Source: Gammaproteobacteria bacterium
GTDB taxonomy: Bacteria > Pseudomonadota > Gammaproteobacteria > VBWC01
Direction: 5' to 3'
Assembly (NCBI GenBank): GCA_006218035.1
Contig: VBWC01000010.1
Span: 75,572-139,571 of the forward strand
Length of the DNA stretch: 64,000 nt
This document shows, piece by piece, positions 9,762 through 18,034 of the stretch. The notes under the pieces are model-generated. The model had not been told where the DNA came from. It was given only the letters and a program-made list of their open reading frames with translations, and ran no database searches. The first letter of the stretch is position 1. Every line of letters begins with the position of its first letter. Made by a program: the position numbers and the translations under genes.

Positions 9762-10811
9762 CTATTCCGGCGCACCGATCATCTCGCCCAGCTGGTTCCA
9801 GTACATCGGCGGGAGATCCATCGCCAGTTTGATGGCGCCTTCGGCGGCCGCAAAATTCGCATCGGCCACTTTTACCACGCGGGTATCGCCATACTCCGCC
9901 AGTTGATCGGCAATCATTTCGTCAAGGCCGTGGATCAAGGAACCACCACCCGCCAAAATAATGTTCTGCAAAACTGTGCCCTGCACCGACGGATCAAACG
10001 TACGGAGTAGCGCCGTCACGTTCTCAATGATATCGGGCACGATCGACTCGCAAACGCTGCGGACCTGATCCTGCACCGAATAGACTACCGGCCGGCCGTC
10101 CGCCCGGAAATTGACGTTAATGGTACCTGCCGGCGAATCACCGACGAAGGAATGTTGTTCCTTGATATGGGAGGCAATCAGGTTGGTCAACTGGATATCG
10201 GGATAGGCCTCCTGCAACTCCGCCTTCAACTTGCCATCCAGATAATCGCCCGCCTTATGCAGCGTGATCTGGTCTTCCGGTCCCGGCATCATGCCTTTCA
10301 GCGCCGCGATGTCGATAGTCCCGGCACCGATATCAATAACGATGGCATTCAGTAGAATATCGAGCCCGTAGGCGACCATAAACGGCTCAGAGACTACCAG
10401 CGCGGTATCCATGACTTCGTGCGCCATGCTCAGCAGCAACGTCTTGTCCGCTGCCGAGGCACGGGCGGGAATACCGATGACACCCGCAATTTCGTCGCCG
10501 TCTTCGGGCTGCGCCAGCTGGAGCACGTAGTCGATCAGGTGTCTGGCGACGTCCAGGTCGCGATCGCTCAATTCCTTTAACACGCCCTCGCCCAGCGGGT
10601 AACGCAGGTCCAGATAGGAATGCTTGTCCAGGGCCTCCTGCCCGACCGCATATGGTTTGCCCAGCAGCTTCACGCCAATCAGATCCTTGGGGTAACCCAC
10701 CACCGATCTCACCATCTCCCTGGTGCCACGACTGGTCATAATCGCGGTACGTGATGTTCCGAGATCAATCCCCAGCAGCAATTGATTATCGTTTTTATGC
10801 GCGGCGTTCAT
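9762..10811 (-). CDS. mamK: Actin-like magnetosome cytoskeleton protein MamK
   Basis: LGIDLGTSRT phosphate-1 motif, VVGYPKDLIG, SEPFMVAYG, DIGAGT, LAGGGS and C-terminal LPPxYWxQLG. Confidence 0.96.
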   Translation of the reverse strand: MNAAHKNDNQLLLGIDLGTSRTAIMTSRGTREMVRSVVGYPKDLIGVKLLGKPYAVGQEALDKHSYLDLRYPLGEGVLKELSDRDLDVARHLIDYVLQLAQPEDGDEIAGVIGIPARASAADKTLLLSMAHEVMDTALVVSEPFMVAYGLDILLNAIVIDIGAGTIDIAALKGMMPGPEDQITLHKAGDYLDGKLKAELQEAYPDIQLTNLIASHIKEQHSFVGDSPAGTINVNFRADGRPVVYSVQDQVRSVCESIVPDIIENVTALLRTFDPSVQGTVLQNIILAGGGSLIHGLDEMIADQLAEYGDTRVVKVADANFAAAEGAIKLAMDLPPMYWNQLGEMIGAPE

Positions 10812-10870
10812 GTGTTATGTCCCCTGCTATCGGTTAACGTAATACCCATTCGCGATCGAGTTGTCGACGC

Positions 10871-12454
10871 CTACTCAGGCGTCGTCGATTTTTTTTCCTT
10901 GAAGAATCCACTGACCAATCTCGCGCCATCTTTCGCGCCCAACGCGATTCCGGATACTGACTGCCTGCCAACGTTCACTATCCGTCCGACTCCGTTGCCC
11001 AGCGCCTTGAAAACGCCTCTCCCCAAGCCCTCGATCGGTATCGTTTTCTCCAGTTTTTTTTTCCGCGGCACCTCACTCGAGGAGGATGTTGATGCCGTTG
11101 CCCGGCTGGCTGCTACGGTTGCCTGCGGCGTTGCACCGGCATCGAATGGCGCGCGCGGCTGACTGCCAACCTCCGCAGTACCGGTAACGACGGGGCGCTT
11201 CGGTATCGGCGCCCGTTGCTTCGGCCGAAATCGCGGTGATGGCTCCTCGGTGGCGCGGGAAACCGCACGTTGCCGCTCCGCCAGCCGCATCTTGAGACGG
11301 TCGGTATCCGAGATTCCGCCGGTATCCGGCTTCTTGACCACGAACTGACTTTCGGCAACCGCGCCGGCGAGCTCGCGTATCGCCTCGCCCAGTTCGTCGC
11401 GCTGAACCTCGCGAGCGGGACGGCTGACGGGCGAGGGCCGCGGCGCGAACGATGGGCGTTCCGGTTTGGGAGCGTCCACCGCTGGACGCGACGGGGCCTG
11501 AGCCTGCACATCCGGCGTCCGGCGCAACGGCGGCGGTGAAACCGACGCGTCCTGCGCCATCATCGGAACCGGGGCGGCGCCGCGCCGCGGTTCTGCCTCG
11601 CGTTTCGTGCTGCTCGCCGGTGCCGCAACCGGCGCGGGCTGTGTCACCGTCGCCTGTGGAACTGTTACGTGTGGCGCTGTCGCCCGCGACGCGATTACCT
11701 GCGGAGCCGCGCGGGACACGCCTGTGCTTTCCGGCATCGAGCGGCGCTTGAACGCCGGCGTCGGCCGGGTCGCCCACGGCGACGCCGCCATCAAATCGGT
11801 AAACTCCCCGGACACAGCCGATTTGTCACCAACGGGACGACGCCCATGATCGCCGCGCGTATCGTGCGCGGCGGCGGACGCCGCGCCCGTTCTCAGTCGG
11901 CTTGCCCACGGTGATGCATTCAGTAACTCGCCCAGACTCTGGCCGGTGGACACACTGGTTTCCGCCGGCATACGCTTGCTGTCAGGCTGCTCTTTCTGCA
12001 CTGCAGACGTCGTAGCAGCCTTTGTTGTAGATGCTGCGGCCGATGTTTTCGCGGTCTTTTTCTTTAGCGTCGCCGGACTGGGCTCGCTACCACCATGATT
12101 TGCAGGTTTTTTTGGCGCAGGCACAGCGGGGGGCGCGCTACGTTTTGGGTTGGCCCATGGCGAAGCGTCGAACACACTTACCCAGGATCCCTCAGGTTCC
12201 GCGACACCGGTCCGTTTTACCGTCGCTCTGCGATGAGCGCTGGATTGGATAGCAGAGCCCGTATTCTTCAGGGTCGCGGACGGCTTTCGGCTGACGGATG
12301 CCTTCGCAACGGCGCCCTTGGCAGCGACTGGCTTCGCCTTTTTCGTCGACGTACGAGCAACCGTCTTTTTGCGAGCGGCCTTCGGAGCTGTCTTTTTCGT
12401 AGCCTTGACTGTTCTTTTCTTCGCGGATGCGGCCCGCGACCTTTTTTTAGTCAC
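10871..12454 (-). CDS. MamJ-like magnetosome chain adaptor; unusually basic and Ala/Pro/Lys/Arg-rich
   Basis: Occupies the mamJ slot between mamE and mamK, with RBS GGAGG. Carries three 'ASPWA' motifs and a Gly-rich C-terminal segment resembling MamJ termini. Confidence 0.7.
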   Translation of the reverse strand: MTKKRSRAASAKKRTVKATKKTAPKAARKKTVARTSTKKAKPVAAKGAVAKASVSRKPSATLKNTGSAIQSSAHRRATVKRTGVAEPEGSWVSVFDASPWANPKRSAPPAVPAPKKPANHGGSEPSPATLKKKTAKTSAAASTTKAATTSAVQKEQPDSKRMPAETSVSTGQSLGELLNASPWASRLRTGAASAAAHDTRGDHGRRPVGDKSAVSGEFTDLMAASPWATRPTPAFKRRSMPESTGVSRAAPQVIASRATAPHVTVPQATVTQPAPVAAPASSTKREAEPRRGAAPVPMMAQDASVSPPPLRRTPDVQAQAPSRPAVDAPKPERPSFAPRPSPVSRPAREVQRDELGEAIRELAGAVAESQFVVKKPDTGGISDTDRLKMRLAERQRAVSRATEEPSPRFRPKQRAPIPKRPVVTGTAEVGSQPRAPFDAGATPQATVAASRATASTSSSSEVPRKKKLEKTIPIEGLGRGVFKALGNGVGRIVNVGRQSVSGIALGAKDGARLVSGFFKEKKSTTPE

Positions 12455-12523
12455 CCCTACCTCCCGCGAACCTGGTTCGATTAGCTTATTTTCGGCTATG
12501 GAGATTTAGAACCGATTTATACA

Positions 12524-15223
12524 TCAAAGCGTGACAAAAATCTCGCGATTGTTGCGGTTAATCTTGAACAACACGTTGGGTTCGTTCGCCGCATTGTTTA
12601 TCGCGCGGTCCAACAACTCCGGCGTCCCTACCGGCTGATTGTTGATCAAAATAACCACATCCCGCTTCTGTATGCCGGCCTGCATGGCGCGCGAACCGCG
12701 GCGGACCTCCTTGACCTGTGCCCCCATCAGCGGCCCGACTCCCGGCAGTCCGCCGACCGCACCGGCCACCGGCTGCCGAACAACCTTAAGCTCCATCCCT
12801 AACCAGTTAACTTCGTTTCTAACGCCCCGGCCCGGTAGCGGCGCTGGCACCTGGTCGCCGTTCGCCACAATCATATCCAGCCGAACATTCTGACCCGCTC
12901 CGTTCCGATCGATATTCAGCCGCGGCCGATCGCCGGTCTGCAGCGCGCTCAGTTCACGCGCCAGCTGGTCCGGAGTACGAACCCGTTTTCCGTCGATTTT
13001 CAGGATGATATCACCCGCCACAAGGCCGGACGTTTCGGCCAGCGAACGCGGCACGACCGAACTGACAAACACGCCCTTGCCTACCGGCTGATTTATTTGC
13101 GTCGCGAGAAACGGCGATACCGGCATTACCGTTGCACCGAGTATCACACGCGCCTCCGGTTCCGCGGCGGCCAGAGTATCGACAGGCATTCCCGGCATCT
13201 GCGCCATGCCTGCCTGTCCCATCGGGACCGGCGGCGCCATCATCATGCCCTGCCCGTTGTTAGCTGGCATCATCGCGTTCGGCGCCACGCCACGGTTTTC
13301 GGGGCGCGGGTCCTGATTGACGTTCATGCCCGCCACGCCCTGATTCATCCCCGCCATACCGGGCATCCCGCCATTCCGGTTCTCGAGACGGCGATCCTGG
13401 TTGATGTTCATGCCAATCATGTCCTGGCCGGCCATACCCTGGCCCATGCCCATCATGCCGGGCGCCATGGCGCCATTCTGGTTTTCAAGACGGCGGTCCT
13501 GATTGACGTTCATTGCCAACGTCGCCGGCGGCCGCGCGAACTGATATTGCGGCATCGCGATCGCCATCGCGTTAACGCCGCCCGCATTAATACCCTGCTG
13601 CGCCGGGAGCATCTGGTGACAGATCGTGCAGTTCATCCGTTCACGGCCATCCGTATGTGGCGCTGGTGTACCCGCGATAATCGCCGGGCCAGGATCCGGA
13701 CGGATTTGCTGCGCAATCTGCTGCATTACCGGCTGCGTACCCATCATCATGCCGATCTGGTTCATACCTTGCTGCGCCGGGAGCATCTGGTGACAGATGG
13801 TGCAGTTCATCCGCTCACGGCCATCCGTATGCGGCGCCGGTGTGCCGGCGATGATTGCCGGGCCCGGGTCTGGCTGTATTTGCCGGGCGATCTGTTGCAT
13901 CATCGGCTGCGTCGCAACCACATTGGCGCCGGCTTGCTGGCCGCCAACGATCTGATGACACATCTGGCAATCCATACGCTCGCGGCCATCCGTATGCGGC
14001 GACCTTGTTCCGGCCGCAAGCGTCGGACCGACCTGGTTGCCCGCCGGTTGCATCGCGATCTGCTGCATCGCCACCAGCTGCGCCATCGGCTGCTGATTCG
14101 CCATCGCGTCCGGAAATACCGCTGGCAACGCCACCTCGGTCTGCACAAACTGCCTGACCCGGTTCGATGGAATCGCGAAACCGACACCGGAGAATGCGCC
14201 GGTCGGCGTGTATATCGCAGTGTTGATACCTATCACTTCGCCCTGATCATTCACCAACGGGCCGCCGGAGTTGCCCTGATTCACGGCGGCATCCGTCTGA
14301 ATCAAATCACCGTGGGTGACCCCCTCGATGGTCAGCGATTTACGCAGACCCGAAACAATGCCGCGGCTGACCGTCTGATCGAGACCAAACGGGCTGCCGA
14401 ACGCCAGCACGGATGACGCCACCGGAATCTTCGTGCTGTCGCCCAGCTTCGCGGCGCGCAACGGCAACCGGGAATTTATCTTCAGCAGCGCGAGATCGAT
14501 ACCTTCGTCCAGCCTGACCATCTGCGCGAGATAACGCTGCGTACCCGAGTCATGGAATACGGTCACATAGATTGCCGCGGCACCACGCACCACGTGAAAA
14601 TTCGTAATGACATAACCGTCCGAGTGGACGATGACGCCGGAGCCGATACTTTCGTTGCCGGTGCCGGTTGCCGGGCTGGTAAACTGCACGCCCGCCGATG
14701 CCGCACCAGGTGCAACGGTTTCCTGTGCCGCCACCGACGCCGAGCGCGTGACGTTGATATTCACGACACTGAAACGCATCTGTTCCGCCACAGGCGCAAA
14801 CCGGCTCGCGGCCAGCATCATCGGATCACCGGGCGGAATGCCGACCGGCATACTGGCCGCCGGCGCCAGGGCCTCGGGGGTCCAGCGCGGCTGCATTTGC
14901 TGTTGCGGGAAATTGCCACCGCCATTCGGCATCGGCTGCGCGTTGGCAAACGCGGGCATCGGGTCACCCATGCCCGGCATCGAATTCATCGCGTTGGCGG
15001 GCATCTGGTTTTGCATTGCGAACGCCGGCATCGCCGGCTGAGCACCGGCTACATTGTTAGCCGCCGGTCTGGTTGACAGATCGACATGTATGCCCTTGTC
15101 GAAGAAATTAACGTACCAGTAGCTGCCGAGCACGATGAGAATCGCGGCTGCCCCGAGGACGTAGAGGTAACGGCGCGTTTCCAGGCCGCACCGGTCGGAG
15201 ATACCGAAATTAAGCATTCCCAT
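12524..15223 (-). CDS. mamE: Magnetosome HtrA-like protease MamE (trypsin + 3 magnetochrome + 2 PDZ)
   Basis: TNFHV / DLALLK / GNSGGPL catalytic triad, CQMCH, CTICH and CTICH heme motifs, and C-terminal PDZ domains. Confidence 0.95.
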   Translation of the reverse strand: MGMLNFGISDRCGLETRRYLYVLGAAAILIVLGSYWYVNFFDKGIHVDLSTRPAANNVAGAQPAMPAFAMQNQMPANAMNSMPGMGDPMPAFANAQPMPNGGGNFPQQQMQPRWTPEALAPAASMPVGIPPGDPMMLAASRFAPVAEQMRFSVVNINVTRSASVAAQETVAPGAASAGVQFTSPATGTGNESIGSGVIVHSDGYVITNFHVVRGAAAIYVTVFHDSGTQRYLAQMVRLDEGIDLALLKINSRLPLRAAKLGDSTKIPVASSVLAFGSPFGLDQTVSRGIVSGLRKSLTIEGVTHGDLIQTDAAVNQGNSGGPLVNDQGEVIGINTAIYTPTGAFSGVGFAIPSNRVRQFVQTEVALPAVFPDAMANQQPMAQLVAMQQIAMQPAGNQVGPTLAAGTRSPHTDGRERMDCQMCHQIVGGQQAGANVVATQPMMQQIARQIQPDPGPAIIAGTPAPHTDGRERMNCTICHQMLPAQQGMNQIGMMMGTQPVMQQIAQQIRPDPGPAIIAGTPAPHTDGRERMNCTICHQMLPAQQGINAGGVNAMAIAMPQYQFARPPATLAMNVNQDRRLENQNGAMAPGMMGMGQGMAGQDMIGMNINQDRRLENRNGGMPGMAGMNQGVAGMNVNQDPRPENRGVAPNAMMPANNGQGMMMAPPVPMGQAGMAQMPGMPVDTLAAAEPEARVILGATVMPVSPFLATQINQPVGKGVFVSSVVPRSLAETSGLVAGDIILKIDGKRVRTPDQLARELSALQTGDRPRLNIDRNGAGQNVRLDMIVANGDQVPAPLPGRGVRNEVNWLGMELKVVRQPVAGAVGGLPGVGPLMGAQVKEVRRGSRAMQAGIQKRDVVILINNQPVGTPELLDRAINNAANEPNVLFKINRNNREIFVTL
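13590..13912 (-). repeat. Tandem duplication (174-bp period) of a magnetochrome module within mamE
   Basis: PDPGPAIIAGTPAPHTDGRERMNCTICHQMLPAQQG occurs twice, 58 aa apart. Confidence 0.9.
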
Positions 15224-15228
15224 CGGCG

Positions 15229-15432
15229 CTACTCTTTGTCGCTGACAAGATCATCGTCGATCTTTTTGCCGGTACGGAGCTGCGAAACACCCGCACCGAG
15301 CGCGACAACACCGAAGACAATCAGGACGAGTGGCGCCAGTCCACGCAGCAACTCGGCAAACGACCACCACCATACCGTCAGACCCCATAAACCGAACGAT
15401 ACGCCAAGCAATCCGATGATGATGTTATTCAT
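15229..15432 (-). CDS. mamI: Magnetosome membrane protein MamI
   Basis: MNNIIIGLLGVSFGLWGLTVWWWSFAELLRGL, the MamI signature. GGAGA RBS precedes the ATG at 15432. Confidence 0.93.
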   Translation of the reverse strand: MNNIIIGLLGVSFGLWGLTVWWWSFAELLRGLAPLVLIVFGVVALGAGVSQLRTGKKIDDDLVSDKE

Positions 15433-15736
15433 GGTTGTTTCTCCAAATCCTGTGAGGCCCTGGAGAGACTGCGAGACAGCCAAGGCGTGGCCATACGGTA
15501 CGGCGATGAATTTTCGGTAGTGGCATGGTTTATCGTGTCTTTACCGTCGCGGTTACTCGACCTGTACGCGGACGGCAGAAACCACTCGATCTGCCCGATC
15601 GCAACGCGGCGAAAACTGCTTCAGCACTCTCCAACCGATTTTTGTATTTTGTATACGTTAAGTCACGAGTTCGTTCCATCATAAGCACATTCCACGGGCC
15701 TGTAAACAACGCAAGCTCGCGCAATTTCTAAAGAAA

Positions 15737-15755
15737 AGTGCGAACCATTTTCAAT
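15737..15755. promoter_or_regulatory. Possible Fur-box-like site in the divergent mamI / mamA' promoter region
   Basis: TGCGAAC-C-ATTTTCA matches 10/14 of the 7-1-7 Fur consensus TGATAAT-N-ATTATCA and lies in an AT-rich patch. Confidence 0.3.
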
Positions 15756-16201
15756 CGCAATTAACTTTCGTCACGGCGGGTCGTTTGACGGATGACGGAA
15801 TTCCAATCGATCACCGTTCGCCCGCAATCCGCCTGCCAAGACGGCAGGAAAATTGTGCCGGCGTCGATGCGACACGCGGCGCCAATAACCTTGCGATCGG
15901 TTGGTTTGAAGAAACCCACTGTTTTGGTAACCTATGCCGGCAACTCTTGATAGATGCATGAAACAGGCGTAGCCGCAATCACTGCAATCAGGATCCCGCA
16001 AGCGGTCGGGCCGCACCGCGGAACACGCAAGTATGGGCATCGTGACGTTCTCAATGTCTCTGCCGCACCCCCGCCGGGAAACGACGCGGTACGCGTGTGG
16101 CGATAATCACAGGCGACCCCGTTGATCAAGAACCATGGTTATCCCCGGACAACACGAACGGTGCCGTACGTTGACGGCGCATTCACCAGGAGGTCGGCGA
16201 T

Positions 16202-16891
16202 ATGAGTTCGGATCACCACGAAACACCCATCGGCGAAATGACGCTCTTCGACAGAGTGGAGTTGTATTCGCAATATGGCGCGCGGGTTGCCAAACACGTC
16301 GTGGTTAACGTCGCGTCAGGCGTCCGCTCTGCATTTCGGTTCAACGGCAGCCTGCGCGAAGGATTATTCCTTGAAAAAGGCATCAAATATACGCGCAGCG
16401 GATTTTACAGCAAGGCCATTCCAATTCTGGAAAAAGTGCTCAAGGACATACCGGACGACCCCGAAATACTCGTGCATCTGGGGCTGTGCTACACCAAGGT
16501 CGGCCAGTCGGACCATGGCCTGGACCTGTTAAAAAAGGCGCACGAAACCAGCTCGGGCTCGGTCAAAACGGCGATGATCCTGGGCATCACCTATCTCGAT
16601 GCGGAGGATTACCAGAATGCCGCGGACTACCTCGAACTCGCTGCCGCAAAAAAACCCGAAGACTACAAGATTCGCTACAAACTCGGCGTGTGTCACGACA
16701 ACCTGAAACAGCATGACCGGGCCATCGACTGGTTTGAGCAGGCGCTCGAGCTGCGGCCCGATATTCCCAAATTGCACCGCGCGCTCGGGTTTTCCTACGA
16801 GATCAAAGGCAAGCGCGCCAAGGCAATCGAGCATTTCCAGCGTGCCACCGCGCTCGAGGAACAGGGCACCGGGGTCGACCCCCGGCGCTGA
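16202..16891 (+). CDS. Second MamA paralogue (MamA', TPR protein)
   Basis: Aligns by eye with MamA at 2572-3222 (YKLGVCHDNLKQHDRAI...ALELRP...KLHRALGFSYE vs YKLGVAYDHLKQHDKAI...ALELRP...KLHRAIGFAYE). Strong AGGAGG RBS. Confidence 0.88.
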   Translation: MSSDHHETPIGEMTLFDRVELYSQYGARVAKHVVVNVASGVRSAFRFNGSLREGLFLEKGIKYTRSGFYSKAIPILEKVLKDIPDDPEILVHLGLCYTKVGQSDHGLDLLKKAHETSSGSVKTAMILGITYLDAEDYQNAADYLELAAAKKPEDYKIRYKLGVCHDNLKQHDRAIDWFEQALELRPDIPKLHRALGFSYEIKGKRAKAIEHFQRATALEEQGTGVDPRR

Positions 16892-16946
16892 TCCCCGCTA
16901 TAATCCGCCTGTTCTCGGTCTCTGCACTATTCCGGAGGTAACGAAT

Positions 16947-17993
16947 TTGACTCACATGGCGCGGCCTACACCTCTTGTCGGACTCACGATGCTGCTTGGC
17001 GTCGCGCTGTGCGTCGGTCCCGGGCAAAACGCGACGGCCGAAGAGGTCAACCTGTATTCGGCGCGCAAGGAAGAATTGATCAAGCCGCTGCTCGATAAAT
17101 TCACTGCCAAAACGGGGATCAAGGTCAATCTCGTCACCGGCTCGGCCGATGCGCTGCTGAAGCGCCTGGAAACCGAGGGCAAGAACACGCCGGCGGATAT
17201 GTTCATTACCACCGATGCCGGGCGCCTGCACCGCGCCAAGGCGGCGGGCGTGCTGCAAGCGATATCGTCGCCAGTGCTCGAGAAGAATATTCCTGCCGAA
17301 TTCCGCGATGCCAAGGGATACTGGTTCGGCCTGTCGCTGCGCGCGCGGCCGATCATGTACGCCAAGGGCCGGCTGGATCCGGCGGAATTATCGACCTATG
17401 AGGCGCTCGCCGACGCGAAGTGGAAAGGTCGCATCTGCGTCCGTTCCTCGGAAAACATCTACAACCAGTCCCTGGTCGCCTCGATGATCGTCGCCAACGG
17501 TGAAGAAGCGACCGAAAAATGGGCGGAAGGCCTGGTACGCAACCTGGCGCGGCCACCGCGCGGTGGTGACGAAGATCAGATCAAGGCGGCCGCTGCAGGC
17601 CAGTGCGACATCGCCATTGCAAACACCTATTACCTGGGCGGCATGTTGCATTCCAGAGACCCGGGCGAGCGCGCAGCGGCAGAAAAGATCGCCATCTTCT
17701 GGCCGAATCAGAAAGACCGCGGCGTTCACGTCAACGTCAGCGGTGCCGGTGTGACCCGCTGGGCGCCGCATCGTGATACCGCGGTCAAACTGCTCGAATT
17801 CCTGATCACCGACGAGGCGCAGGAATGGTATGCGCAGGTGAATAACGAATATCCGGCCAAACCCGGCATTCCCGAAAGCCCGGCGCTGATCAAGGCATGG
17901 GGCCGATTCAAAGCTGATACTATAAGCCTGTCACAGCTGGGGGAGTACAACGCGGCAGCAGTCAAACTCATGGACCGGGCCGGATGGAAGTAG
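16947..17993 (+). CDS. Fe(III) ABC transporter periplasmic binding protein (FbpA/FutA family)
   Basis: Signal peptide, VNLYSAR, TTDAGRL, NIYNQSL and ANTYY tyrosine pair. Likely start is TTG 16947 after GGAGG, or ATG 16956. Confidence 0.92.
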   Translation: MTHMARPTPLVGLTMLLGVALCVGPGQNATAEEVNLYSARKEELIKPLLDKFTAKTGIKVNLVTGSADALLKRLETEGKNTPADMFITTDAGRLHRAKAAGVLQAISSPVLEKNIPAEFRDAKGYWFGLSLRARPIMYAKGRLDPAELSTYEALADAKWKGRICVRSSENIYNQSLVASMIVANGEEATEKWAEGLVRNLARPPRGGDEDQIKAAAAGQCDIAIANTYYLGGMLHSRDPGERAAAEKIAIFWPNQKDRGVHVNVSGAGVTRWAPHRDTAVKLLEFLITDEAQEWYAQVNNEYPAKPGIPESPALIKAWGRFKADTISLSQLGEYNAAAVKLMDRAGWK

Positions 17994-18034
17994 CGCCTTA
18001 CTGACGCCTCGCCTTTTCCATAAACCCTATTCGC

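Noticed and set aside
13097..14416. 439-aa His/Arg-rich plus-strand ORF
   Set aside because: Antisense to mamE. The His richness is the reverse complement of Met (ATG) codons.
16713..16946. N-terminal extension of the Fe-binding protein given in the ORF track
   Set aside because: It overlaps mamA'. The RBS and signal peptide indicate a start at 16947 or 16956.
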